From assembly GCA_937864815.1 (NCBI GenBank), contig CALMJY010000238.1, positions 20,477 through 84,476 of the forward strand: DNA of 64,000 nt. The letters run 5' to 3'. The position numbers and the translations under genes were made by a program. How positions within the stretch are numbered: position 1 is the stretch's first letter; each line of letters opens with the position of its first letter. This DNA is from an uncultured Bacteroidota bacterium. Lineage in GTDB: Bacteria; Bacteroidota; Bacteroidia; Bacteroidales; VadinHA17. The notes under the pieces were generated by a model. That model was given only the letters and a program-made list of their open reading frames with translations, ran no database searches and had not been told where the DNA came from. Below, piece after piece: positions 49,558 through 59,167 of this stretch.

Positions 49558-50199
49558 ATGAATATCCTGAATACCATTGAAGCTTTTTTTGCAGCATATC
49601 TGCTCGGCTCAATACCTTCTGCTGTCTGGATAGGCAAATGGCTTCACAAAACTGATGTTAGAGAACATGGAAGCGGCAATGCAGGAGCTACAAATGTTAT
49701 CAGGGTACTTGGGTGGAAGACCGGGATTCCGGTACTCCTTATCGATCTGGCCAAGGGCTGGCTTGCAACTATGTTGCCTGTATTTCTGAATGCTGCAGAA
49801 CCGGAGACTGCAATGCTGACAAACCTTCAGATAGCTTCAGGACTTTTTTCGATAACAGGTCATATATTCCCGCTTTTTGCGGGATTCAGGGGAGGAAAAG
49901 GTGTAGCAACGATGTTCGGAGTCCTTCTTGCCCTGCAACCTTTGCTTACACTTCTCTGCATAGGAGTATTCCTTTTAGTTCTTATCATTACAGGCATAGT
50001 CTCCGTTTCATCAATGACAGCAGGTATAGCATTCCCTGTATTTCTTTTCCTAATGTTCGATACTCCGTCTGTGGTTTTTAAAGTATTTTCAATTATTGTA
50101 GCAATAGCTCTCCTGCTAACTCACAGGAAAAATATCGGCAGACTTCTGAGAGGCGAAGAAAAGAAACTTAATTTTTCAGGGAAAAAAGACAAAGCATAA
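49558..50199 (+). CDS. plsY: glycerol-3-phosphate acyltransferase PlsY
   Basis: Multi-TM protein with HGSGNAGATN, FRGGKGVAT and HRKNIGRLL motifs. Confidence 0.9.
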   Translation: MNILNTIEAFFAAYLLGSIPSAVWIGKWLHKTDVREHGSGNAGATNVIRVLGWKTGIPVLLIDLAKGWLATMLPVFLNAAEPETAMLTNLQIASGLFSITGHIFPLFAGFRGGKGVATMFGVLLALQPLLTLLCIGVFLLVLIITGIVSVSSMTAGIAFPVFLFLMFDTPSVVFKVFSIIVAIALLLTHRKNIGRLLRGEEKKLNFSGKKDKA

Positions 50200-50359
50200 T
50201 CCTGATAGCCCACACTATCGTAAAATTCTGATTTTCAAATTCTTTCTTATTATTTATTTTTTTGCTTCCATCAGTACCGGAGCTTAATGGATAAATTCTT
50301 ATATTTATAACATTTAGCAGGAATCACTAAATATATTTTACCACCAATAACCTTTAAAT

Positions 50360-50947
50360 ATGACTGATATGGAAAAGAGTATTAAGGGAACAAAAACAGA
50401 ACAAAACCTGCTCAAGGCATTTGCAGGTGAATCACAGGCAAAAAACAGGTATGAATTTGCTGCTAAGGTTGCAAAGGAAGAAGGTTTTGAACAAATAGCC
50501 GGTATTTTCCTGGAAACTGCACTTCAGGAACAACAGCATGCAAAAAGGTTCTTCAGATTTCTTGAAGGCGGAATGGTAGAGATCACAGCGTCATATCCTG
50601 CAGGAAAAACTGACACTACCAAATCAAATCTTCTGGCAGCTGCAGAAGGTGAGCATGAAGAGTGGAGTGATCTTTATCCTGCATTTGCACAGGTTGCTGA
50701 AGAAGAAGGATTCAAAACAGTTGCCACTGCTTTCAGGGCTATTGCAGCAGCAGAGAAAGGACATGAAGAGAGATACAGGAAACTTCTTGAAAACGTAATG
50801 AAAGACCGTGTATTTGAGAGGGATGACAAAGTATTCTGGTATTGCAGAAAATGCGGATATATCCATTTCGGAACCAAACCACTAAAGAACTGCCCTGCAT
50901 GTCTGCACCCTGAGGCCTATTTTGAATTACTTTCAACCAACTACTAG
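50360..50947 (+). CDS. rbr: rubrerythrin
   Basis: Ferritin-like di-iron four-helix bundle ([32 protein letters not shown]). C-terminal rubredoxin knuckles CRKCG...CPACLHP. Confidence 0.92.
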   Translation: MTDMEKSIKGTKTEQNLLKAFAGESQAKNRYEFAAKVAKEEGFEQIAGIFLETALQEQQHAKRFFRFLEGGMVEITASYPAGKTDTTKSNLLAAAEGEHEEWSDLYPAFAQVAEEEGFKTVATAFRAIAAAEKGHEERYRKLLENVMKDRVFERDDKVFWYCRKCGYIHFGTKPLKNCPACLHPEAYFELLSTNY

Positions 50948-50950
50948 AAA

Positions 50951-51502
50951 ATGATCGATGGGAAGAAATTGCTGGAACTAATCAAGAGCCGGCAGAGTGA
51001 CAGGAAGTACAGTGAAAGACCCATTGAAAAAGAAAAACTGGAGAGAATAGTCGAAGCCGGCAGGATGGCTCCGTCGGCCTGTAATGCACAACCCTGGAAA
51101 TTTATTGTCGTTACAGAAACTGATCTCCTGGCAAAGCTTGCAGAGGCTTCCTCTGCAAAGCTGCTGGGGATGAATGAATTTGCCGGTCAGGCACCTGCTA
51201 TGCTGGTAGTTATCAGGGAACAGGCAAACCTTACATCCAGAATCGGTGCCCAGATAAAGCGTAAGGATTATTCTCTGATAGACATCGGAATTGCATCAGA
51301 GAATATCTGTCTGCAGGCAGAGGCTGAAGGACTGGGGTCATGTATGCTTGGTTGGTTCGATGAAGAAAAGGTCAGGAAGACACTCGGAGTGCCTAAATAC
51401 AAGAGGGTTGAGCTTATAATTACCCTTGGTTATTCACTCAGCGAAAAAAGGGAAAAAAGGAGAAAACCTTCTGAGGTGACAGTTTCATATAATAAGTATT
51501 GA
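50951..51502 (+). CDS. nitroreductase-family oxidoreductase
   Basis: RQSDRKYSERPI...APSACNAQPWKFIVV, typical of the NfnB/nitroreductase fold. It lies 3 nt after the rubrerythrin stop. Confidence 0.82.
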   Translation: MIDGKKLLELIKSRQSDRKYSERPIEKEKLERIVEAGRMAPSACNAQPWKFIVVTETDLLAKLAEASSAKLLGMNEFAGQAPAMLVVIREQANLTSRIGAQIKRKDYSLIDIGIASENICLQAEAEGLGSCMLGWFDEEKVRKTLGVPKYKRVELIITLGYSLSEKREKRRKPSEVTVSYNKY

Positions 51503-51622
51503 TTTTTACCCCCCCCCGGGAGGCGTCTCCTAAATCCATATTTACCCCCCACCCCCCAGGGGGGCTTATAAATCCACTGATTTTCAATTAGTGCCGCATT
51601 AGCGGCATATTTAGTGGTGGAT
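51502..51622. repeat. two ~37-nt poly-C/poly-G units plus a nested hairpin between convergent genes
   Basis: Two units read TTTACCCCCCCCCGGGAGGCGTCTCCTAAATCCA and TTTACCCCCCACCCCCCAGGGGGGCTTATAAATCCA. These are followed by AATCCAC...[TGCCGC-ATTA-GCGGCA]...GTGGATT. Confidence 0.7.
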
Positions 51623-51670
51623 TGATAAAAAAAGACTTTTGAGACACCTTCTTTTTCTTTGGCGTTAAAA

Positions 51671-52864
51671 TTATTTTAGGCAGCTAAGAGCCTCTGTTAT
51701 TCTTTTAACAGCCTTTACCAGCAGTTCATCTGAGGTTGCATAAGAGATCCGGATACATTCAGGAGCACCAAATCCGTCTCCTCCTACTGTCGCCACCTGT
51801 GCTTTATCCAGCAGATACAGAGCCAAATCATCGGAAGTATTTATACGATTTTCACCATCGCTTTTGCCAAGATAATATGTTATATCAGGCATCACATAAA
51901 AAGCTCCCTGGGGGATCCTGAATTTCAGACCTTTAACATCTTTAAGAAGGCCACAAATGAGATTCCTTCTGCGGAGGAAGGCATCTCTCATAATTACCTG
52001 CGATTCATTGGTACCCTTAAGAGCTGCCAGAGCCGCACGCTGGGCAATTGAACAAACACCTGATGTAAACTGACCCTGCAACTTATTGCAGGCTTTTGCA
52101 ATCCATACCGGTGCACCGATGTAACCAATCCTCCATCCTGTCATTGCATATCCTTTTGACACACCATTTACGGTTATCACCCTGTCATATATTGATGCAA
52201 AAGAAGCCATGCTGATATGCTCACCTTCGAAGATGATATGCTCATAAATCTCATCAGACATTATGAATACACCTTCATGCTTTTCAATCACCCCGGCAAG
52301 CTTTTCCATCTCATCACGGGAATAAACCATCCCTGTGGGATTCGACGGTGAATTAAACATAATCAGCCTGGTCTTTTTGGTTATTGCAGATTCAAGCTGT
52401 TCAGGAGTGATCTTAAAATCGTTTTCAAGTGATGCACTTATAATCACCGGCTTACCACCTGCAAGGATTACCTGATCATAATAACTTACCCAGTATGGTG
52501 CAGGAATAATTACTTCATCACCCGGATTTACAATAGACAGAATTACGTTTATCAGCGAGTGCTTTGCTCCTGCTGATACAATAATCTGGTCAGTTGTATA
52601 GATGAGTCTGTTTTCCTTTCTGAATTTCTCAGAAATTGCTTCCAGCAGGTCCCTGTAACCTGGCACTGGAGGATATGTTGAATAATTTTCATCAATAGCT
52701 TTTTTAGCAGCCTCCTTTATATAATCAGGTGTATTGAAATCGGGTTCTCCGATACTCAAACTAATTATGTCTAAACCCTTTGCTGTCAGCTCCCTGCTCT
52801 TCTGAGCCATAGCAAGTGTCTGTGACACTGCCATCGTTTTAACCCGGTCTGATATATATTCCAT
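51671..52864 (-). CDS. aspC: aspartate/aromatic aminotransferase (class I PLP-dependent)
   Basis: LSIGEPDF, NPSNPTG, and PLP-lysine context VNGVSKGYAMTGWRIGY. Confidence 0.88.
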   Translation of the reverse strand: MEYISDRVKTMAVSQTLAMAQKSRELTAKGLDIISLSIGEPDFNTPDYIKEAAKKAIDENYSTYPPVPGYRDLLEAISEKFRKENRLIYTTDQIIVSAGAKHSLINVILSIVNPGDEVIIPAPYWVSYYDQVILAGGKPVIISASLENDFKITPEQLESAITKKTRLIMFNSPSNPTGMVYSRDEMEKLAGVIEKHEGVFIMSDEIYEHIIFEGEHISMASFASIYDRVITVNGVSKGYAMTGWRIGYIGAPVWIAKACNKLQGQFTSGVCSIAQRAALAALKGTNESQVIMRDAFLRRRNLICGLLKDVKGLKFRIPQGAFYVMPDITYYLGKSDGENRINTSDDLALYLLDKAQVATVGGDGFGAPECIRISYATSDELLVKAVKRITEALSCLK

Positions 52865-52965
52865 AATTCAGGATAAAAGATAAAAGTATAAAAACAAAAG
52901 TTATATGAGAAAAGTGAGATAAAAGTAAGAAGAAATTCGTAAAATTGTTAATAAAATGAAATCAT

Positions 52966-53487
52966 ATGGAAATTGTAACTGACATACTGAAAATATTAAT
53001 TCCTGCGCTGCTAGTAATGCTTACTGCCTGGATGGTAATGAGAAACATGATAAAGAATGATCAGGAAAAGAGAAGGCAGGAGTCAATCCTTCAGAACAGC
53101 AGGACTGTAACACCTATCAGGCTACAGGCTTATGAGCGGATAGTGCTCTTTCTTGAGAGGATCTCCCTTGAATCGCTTATAGTAAGGGTCAGCAATGCAG
53201 ATATGTCTGCAGGACAGCTACATACTGCAATGCTGAATGCCATAAGAAGTGAATTTGAGCATAACCTTTCACAGCAGATTTATATGAGTCCACAGGCCTG
53301 GGAAGTTGTCAGGAATGCCAGGTCGAATATGATAAAGATTATCAACAGTGAAGTTGAAAAAATGCCGGCTAATTCAACAGGAATGGCTCTCAGCAAACAA
53401 CTCCTCGAACGTATCATGGAACTTGACAAGGAACCTACCCGCGCTGCAATAGACTACCTTAAAGGTGAGATAGGAAGGATGATTTAA
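52966..53487 (+). CDS. hypothetical membrane-anchored protein
   Basis: 173-aa ORF with one N-terminal TM helix (ILKILIPALLVMLTAWMVM) and a helical soluble part. No domain recognised. Confidence 0.55.
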   Translation: MEIVTDILKILIPALLVMLTAWMVMRNMIKNDQEKRRQESILQNSRTVTPIRLQAYERIVLFLERISLESLIVRVSNADMSAGQLHTAMLNAIRSEFEHNLSQQIYMSPQAWEVVRNARSNMIKIINSEVEKMPANSTGMALSKQLLERIMELDKEPTRAAIDYLKGEIGRMI

Positions 53488-53565
53488 CTGGGTACTGGGT
53501 ACTTGGTGCTGGGTACCGGTGTACCGTTATTCAACACCCAGCACCTAGCACCTAGCACCCAGCAT
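53488..53565. repeat. inverted pair of heptanucleotide arrays (CTGGGTA)n / (CACCYAG)n forming a long imperfect hairpin
   Basis: Left arm: CTGGGTA CTGGGTA CTTGGTG CTGGGTA CCGGTGT. Right arm: CACCCAG CACCTAG CACCTAG CACCCAG. It starts at the nucleotide after the TAA stop and lies between convergent genes. Confidence 0.9.
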
Positions 53566-53571
53566 AAACTC

Positions 53572-55641
53572 TTACAGAAGCTCCACGCTCCTCTTGACAA
53601 AGGTACTCAGTTCTTCGCCTCTTAGCATATTATTTGAAAGAAGAGCAAGATCAACCAGTTGCTTAACGGTATTATTTCCCGATCCGAAAGCCTCAAGCAC
53701 GTTTTTACGCGAATCCTCAATATCAGAAAGTTCTTTACGGAGCTTTTCCAGATCATCCTTTTCAAGCTGACTTATTTCATCGCTCTTTTTCTTCTTATGC
53801 TCCTTCTCCATAAAGTCGATTTCTTCCTTAAGCTTTTTCCTTTCAGCATCGTTGGATGACAATTCATCACCCTTTGCAGCATAAAGTTCATCAGAAACCT
53901 TAATGACAAGCTTATGATTCGGATTGACAACCAGGTTATAGCTGTCAGGCAGCTCTCCGTAGAAATTCATACCGCCTCCCATCGCTGACATATCCTTCAT
54001 TCTGCGCATGAATTCCGACTGGGTTATCATTACAGGAGTTTCATTCTCATCAAGTGTTTCAAATGTCACGTTAAATACTTCCTTTGATTTCGGCCTGATA
54101 TTGAACACACTCTTAAGGTCATCCTGTTTTTCCTTTGGTAATTTTGCGTCACGGGTCTCCTCTTTCTGTATCAGCTTTTCGATTACATCTGAATCAACAC
54201 GTACAAACCTTGAATCCTTAAACTTTGTCTCAAGGTGGTTAATCAGATGAATGTCAAGCTGACCGTCGAGGTTAAGAACATCGTATCCCTTGCTTTTTGC
54301 CTTCTCAATATAGCTGAACTGATCTGTCTTATTTGTTGAATAGAGATAAATCAGTGATTTATGCTTGTCTGTCTGGTTTTCCTTAATAATCTTTTCATAC
54401 TCTTCATATGTAAAATACTTGTCATCAGTATTTTTCAGAAGAGCGAACTTTGATACCTTTTCATAGAATTTTTCCTCGGTAATCATCCCATATTCTATAA
54501 ATAGCTTGAGGCTGTCCCATTTTTTCTCAAATTCTTCACGGTTATTCCTGAAAATATCATTAAGCCTGTCAGCAACTTTCTTTGTAATATGGCTGGATAT
54601 TTTCTTGACATTTGAGTCGCTCTGCAGGTAACTCCTGGATACGTTTAGCGGAATATCAGGTGAATCGAGCACTCCATGAAGTAATGTAAGAAATTCAGGT
54701 ACAATACCTTCAACTGAATCAGTTACAAAGACCTGGTTACAGTATAGCTGAATCTTGTTTTTCTGTATTTCGATGTTACTCTTGATCTTCGGGAAATAAA
54801 GAATACCAGTAAGCTTGAAAGGATAATCAACGTTGAGATGAATATTGAAAAGGGGTTCGTCTCCGGCAGGGTAAAGTTCCCTGTAGAATTTCTGATAATC
54901 CTCGTCTTTCAGTTCAGATGGTTTGAGTGTCCATGCAGGTTTAGTATTGTTTATGATCTTGTCCTTCCCGGTGTCGACCATTTTTCCGTCCTTCCACTCT
55001 TGTTCCTTTCCGAAAGCTATTTCAACCGGAAGAAATTTACAGTACTTTTTCAGCAGCTGTTCAATTTTATTATCATCAAGAAAATCCTTTGATTCCTTGT
55101 CGATATGAAGTATTACATCAGTACCCCTGCCATCTCTGACACTTTCCTCAATAGTGTATTCAGGGCTGCCATCACAGGTCCACTTAACAGCTTTTGCACC
55201 ATCCTGATACGATCTGGTTATTACTTCAACCTTATCGGACACCATGAATGAAGAGTAGAATCCAAGTCCAAAATGTCCGATTATGGAATTTGCCTGATCC
55301 TTATATTTATCAAGAAAGTCATTGGCACTGGAAAAAGCTATCTGGTTCAGATATTTGTCAAGTTCCTCCTCCGTCATACCAACACCATTGTCGGATACCT
55401 TAATTGTCTTTTTCTTCTTATCAACAGTCACAAAGATCTTAGCATCACCTGCCTCACCTTTGTAATCTCCAGCAGAGGCCATAGTTCTAAGTTTCTGAGT
55501 GGCATCAACAGCATTAGAAATAAGCTCACGCAGAAATATTTCATGATCTGAGTAGAGGAATTTTTTAATAATAGGGAAAATGTTCTCAGTTGTAACCCCA
55601 ATCTTTCCTGTTTGCATATGTATCTGTTTTATGTTAGACAT
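53572..55641 (-). CDS. htpG: molecular chaperone HtpG (Hsp90)
   Basis: GVTTENIFPIIKKFLYSDHEIFLRELISNAVDA and GHFGLGFYS. The true start may be the internal ATG at 55617 (MQTGKIG). Confidence 0.93.
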   Translation of the reverse strand: MSNIKQIHMQTGKIGVTTENIFPIIKKFLYSDHEIFLRELISNAVDATQKLRTMASAGDYKGEAGDAKIFVTVDKKKKTIKVSDNGVGMTEEELDKYLNQIAFSSANDFLDKYKDQANSIIGHFGLGFYSSFMVSDKVEVITRSYQDGAKAVKWTCDGSPEYTIEESVRDGRGTDVILHIDKESKDFLDDNKIEQLLKKYCKFLPVEIAFGKEQEWKDGKMVDTGKDKIINNTKPAWTLKPSELKDEDYQKFYRELYPAGDEPLFNIHLNVDYPFKLTGILYFPKIKSNIEIQKNKIQLYCNQVFVTDSVEGIVPEFLTLLHGVLDSPDIPLNVSRSYLQSDSNVKKISSHITKKVADRLNDIFRNNREEFEKKWDSLKLFIEYGMITEEKFYEKVSKFALLKNTDDKYFTYEEYEKIIKENQTDKHKSLIYLYSTNKTDQFSYIEKAKSKGYDVLNLDGQLDIHLINHLETKFKDSRFVRVDSDVIEKLIQKEETRDAKLPKEKQDDLKSVFNIRPKSKEVFNVTFETLDENETPVMITQSEFMRRMKDMSAMGGGMNFYGELPDSYNLVVNPNHKLVIKVSDELYAAKGDELSSNDAERKKLKEEIDFMEKEHKKKKSDEISQLEKDDLEKLRKELSDIEDSRKNVLEAFGSGNNTVKQLVDLALLSNNMLRGEELSTFVKRSVELL

Positions 55642-55721
55642 GATAAATCAGGCCTGCCTGTTCAAAAGGTATGCCGATACAATTAGACTGACAAATAGTC
55701 ACAGAAAACAAGAAATCAGAG

Positions 55722-56237
55722 TCAGAAAAGGTGAGGATACTTCAATCTGGAAAGAATAAACAGAATAATGAAAAGCAAAACGGTACCGGCAAGTACATAT
55801 AGTGATAAATTCCTGCGTTTACGGTAATTAATGATCCCATATTCACTGATCATCTTTTTCACTGCATTGTGCAGTCTTATTATTGCATTGGCATTCTTGG
55901 GGATATAGGCATCAACATTTACCGGTATTATCTTTTTTATCTCATCCATTTTTTCAGGTGTGCATATCAGAATAATCCCAATTTTGGGATCCAGGCTTTT
56001 AATCTCTGACGTAAGTCTGCCTATCATCTCAAACTGTTCTGTTGTATCATGGGTTCCAAGGATGGCAATTTTGCAGTTTCTGTGATCCTTTCCCTTTTCA
56101 AGATATGCCATAAAATCTTCCACTGAAACAAAAGATGATACGATGTACTTTGATGTATCATCAAATCGGCTCCTTACATCTTCAGAGAACCATCTGAAGT
56201 CGTCATAACATGCCAGCGTTGTCTTCAGTTTATTCAT
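55722..56237 (-). CDS. membrane-anchored single-domain receiver-like protein (hypothetical)
   Basis: MNKLKTTLACYDD...KIAILGTHD...ILICTPE...AYIPKN preserves REC-like spacing of the acidic pair, Asp, Thr and Lys. One C-terminal TM helix (LYVLAGTVLLFIILFIL). The start overlaps the upstream stop by 8 nt. Confidence 0.45.
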   Translation of the reverse strand: MNKLKTTLACYDDFRWFSEDVRSRFDDTSKYIVSSFVSVEDFMAYLEKGKDHRNCKIAILGTHDTTEQFEMIGRLTSEIKSLDPKIGIILICTPEKMDEIKKIIPVNVDAYIPKNANAIIRLHNAVKKMISEYGIINYRKRRNLSLYVLAGTVLLFIILFILSRLKYPHLF

Positions 56238-57084
56238 AATCAGGTGGTTTAACAATCTCTCTGTTTCTTGCATCTATATTAAGATGCAATTTCCATATTC
56301 CGTTCTCAAGAACATATGCATCATTTGTATAATGCGGCCCGTAAAAACGTCTGTCATTTTCATTATCAGGTGCAAACGGAACAAGATGATCAAAAATTAT
56401 GGAATCATCACCACCGAATCTTAAAGTCATTGTTGCCGTTAATGAGTATTCAAAAACTTCCCTGAACCTCACATTATCATCTGACAAAAATGCTTTCAGT
56501 CCCAGTATAATACTGTCATCCTTACCGAATGAAAGTATTTCTATAATTTTCCGTGCAATACCGGGATTACCATAATCTATACCGAGTAATACCCAGCATT
56601 CTGTTCCATTTATAACCTGAGGACGTATATCATAATATAATGCCCCATACCAGTTATCTTTTGAATAGGATATATCCCTGTCAATAGCAGTTGAATCGTA
56701 ATCAGCATGAAGTTTATATACTTTCCTGCTTTTCGATTCCGGCTGATGTTTTATTAAATAACAATAATACTGCCCGGGCTGATTCTTCAGAAAGAGATTC
56801 CATGTTACAATTTTAATCAGTGAATCAGGTGAAGTTATCTGTCCCAGGAACCTTAAATTATTGAAGCGGTGACTGAATATTGAATCTGACCCGGTGTAGC
56901 TATCTATAATAGTTATTATTGAATCATTAACCTGTAGCCTTACTGAATCATTATTTACTTTTAACAGACGCCCAAACAGTTTATCAAGTTGTATGGAAAC
57001 ATTTGATGATGAAGGTTGACCTTTCAACTGCTGAAAAGCCAGAATCAAAATAAGAATCAGGTATATTTTTCGGTTCAGGTACAT
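56230..57084 (-). CDS. secreted hypothetical protein
   Basis: 284-aa ORF with a signal peptide (LILILILAFQQLKGQ). No domain recognised. Confidence 0.55.
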   Translation of the reverse strand: MYLNRKIYLILILILAFQQLKGQPSSSNVSIQLDKLFGRLLKVNNDSVRLQVNDSIITIIDSYTGSDSIFSHRFNNLRFLGQITSPDSLIKIVTWNLFLKNQPGQYYCYLIKHQPESKSRKVYKLHADYDSTAIDRDISYSKDNWYGALYYDIRPQVINGTECWVLLGIDYGNPGIARKIIEILSFGKDDSIILGLKAFLSDDNVRFREVFEYSLTATMTLRFGGDDSIIFDHLVPFAPDNENDRRFYGPHYTNDAYVLENGIWKLHLNIDARNREIVKPPDYE

Positions 57085-57091
57085 TATTAGT

Positions 57092-58285
57092 TCAGTTCTT
57101 CACAATATCATCCAGCATTTTCTTAATCTGTTTGCATGCATAAATTGTTTCCTCCTCTGAAATTATCAGCGGAGGAGCAATTCTGAAAGCATCCGTGCAG
57201 AAAAGAAAGTAATCAAGAATCAGGCCATAATCGGGTGCTTTTGCCACAACTGATTTCACATATTCCGGTTTTACAAGTTGTACTGCAAGCAAAAGTCCTT
57301 CTCCCCTGACATTTTTAATTGCAGGATGATCCAGATTTTTTTTAAAGTAATCTGATCTCTTCCTGCAGTTTTCAATGAGACCTTCACTGAGTATCACTTC
57401 TAGTGAAGCAAGACCTGCAGCACAGCTTACGGGGTGTCCTCCGAATGTTGTAATATGACCAAGCACCGGCTCAAGGGTAAGTGAACTCATTATTTCAGCA
57501 GAGGAGATAAATGCACCCAGTGGCATACCGCCTCCAAGTGCTTTTGCCAGGAGAAGAATATCAGGAACTACTCCAAATCTGTTAATGGCAAAAAGATGAC
57601 CAGTCCGGCCGAATCCTGTTTGTATCTCATCAAAGATCAGCAGGGTTCCTGTATCATTACATCTTTTACGGATAAGCTGAAGGAATCCATCTTCAGGATA
57701 TATTACACCTCCTTCAGCCTGCACTGGTTCAATAATAACACATGCAGTGGATGAATCGATCATTCTGATTACTCCGGAATCATTGAAATCAGCAACATGA
57801 ACATCAGGCAGTAGTGGGCGGAATGAATTTTTGAAATACTCATTGCCATGTACACTCAGGGCACCGTGAGTACTGCCATGGTATGCATTTCTGAAAGTTA
57901 TTATGCGGCTTCGGCCGGTATATCTTTTTGCAAGTTTAAGTGCACCCTCAACTGCTTCACTACCCGAATTGACAAAATAGCAGCTTTGAAGATTTGGGGG
58001 CAAAATGCCGGCAAGTTTTTCGGCATAGCGAACCTGGGGACTTTGAATTATCTCTCCATAAACCATAAGATGCATATAACTGTCAAGTTGATTCTTAACA
58101 GCTTCAATTACCGCGGGATGTCTGTGACCAGTATTGCTTACAGATACCCCGCTGATCAGATCTAGATATTTTTTACCATCAGGACTGAATAACCATACCC
58201 CTTCTGCTTTTTCAATCTCAATTAACATAGGTGAGGGCGATGTCTGGCCCAGATGTCTCAGAAAAAGTTGTCGACTGGTAAGCAT
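57092..58285 (-). CDS. class III PLP aminotransferase (acetylornithine/ornithine aminotransferase-like)
   Basis: SGSEAVEGALKLA, DEIQTGFGRTG, and LLLAKALGGGMPLGA containing the PLP lysine. Confidence 0.85.
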   Translation of the reverse strand: MLTSRQLFLRHLGQTSPSPMLIEIEKAEGVWLFSPDGKKYLDLISGVSVSNTGHRHPAVIEAVKNQLDSYMHLMVYGEIIQSPQVRYAEKLAGILPPNLQSCYFVNSGSEAVEGALKLAKRYTGRSRIITFRNAYHGSTHGALSVHGNEYFKNSFRPLLPDVHVADFNDSGVIRMIDSSTACVIIEPVQAEGGVIYPEDGFLQLIRKRCNDTGTLLIFDEIQTGFGRTGHLFAINRFGVVPDILLLAKALGGGMPLGAFISSAEIMSSLTLEPVLGHITTFGGHPVSCAAGLASLEVILSEGLIENCRKRSDYFKKNLDHPAIKNVRGEGLLLAVQLVKPEYVKSVVAKAPDYGLILDYFLFCTDAFRIAPPLIISEEETIYACKQIKKMLDDIVKN

Positions 58286-58300
58286 CTGAAAGAATGTATG

Positions 58301-59008
58301 TTATCGCGACATAACATTTATATCATTCAGAAGTGAATCCCTGAATGACTTTCCGACAGGTATACTTTTAAGGGTTTCTCCTATATTAAGATCAAGAGAA
58401 TTTTCCTTAATAGTCTGAATATTGCTTTTATTTATAATATAAGATCTGTGAACCCTGATGAAAACTCCGGGAGGAAGATAATCCTCAATAGCTTTCATTG
58501 TAAAATGGATTGTATACTTGTCCTCATTAGTTGTTAAGGTGACGTAGTTTTCGAGTGCTTCAATATAAATAATATCGTTGATTTTCAATTTAACCAGTGA
58601 GGAGCCCTTTTTTATAAAAATCTCCTTGTCTCCGGTGGAACCGGATTCTTTTCTGGTGTAGTACCTCATGGTTTTGTCTATAGCCTTACAGAACCTTGAA
58701 TAGGAAACTGGTTTTACAAGATAATCGACAACATTGAAGTCGAATGCTTTTGCTGCATGGTTTTCGCCGGAAGATATTATTATAATATTAGGTGGATTTT
58801 CAAGGCTGCCGATAAATTCGAAACCGTTCATTTCAGGCATTTCGATATCCAGGAATAAAAGATCTATATCATGACGTTTGGTGAGAATATTTCTTGCTTC
58901 AATTGAATCGCTGTAAGTACCTATAAGAGTAAGTGAAGCGGACTTTCTAACGAATTCGCCCATTACTTTGCAGCTCAGTTTATCATCATCTATTATGATA
59001 CAATTCAT
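58301..59008 (-). CDS. LytTR-family response regulator
   Basis: Receiver (IIIDDD...DLLFLDIEMPEMNGFE...LVKP) plus a LytTR DNA-binding domain (IIYIEALENYVTLTT...FIRVHRSYIINKSNI). Confidence 0.9.
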   Translation of the reverse strand: MNCIIIDDDKLSCKVMGEFVRKSASLTLIGTYSDSIEARNILTKRHDIDLLFLDIEMPEMNGFEFIGSLENPPNIIIISSGENHAAKAFDFNVVDYLVKPVSYSRFCKAIDKTMRYYTRKESGSTGDKEIFIKKGSSLVKLKINDIIYIEALENYVTLTTNEDKYTIHFTMKAIEDYLPPGVFIRVHRSYIINKSNIQTIKENSLDLNIGETLKSIPVGKSFRDSLLNDINVMSR

Positions 59009-59115
59009 TTTTCGAATTTAGTGAAGCATCAGTGTGGTAAAAGTAATAAAATTTCGCAGATTTTACTGAAACAGTCTCTAAAGTTCATTTTTATATGCTT
59101 CCCCAAACATAAAAT

Positions 59116-59142
59116 TAAAAAAAAAGGGGTGTTAACACCCCC
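59116..59142 (-). terminator. intrinsic terminator after hup
   Basis: Palindrome GGGGTG-TTAA-CACCCC, followed on the minus strand by a 10-T run. Confidence 0.8.
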
Positions 59143-59167
59143 TAAAGACAATCTCAATCAGATAAGA

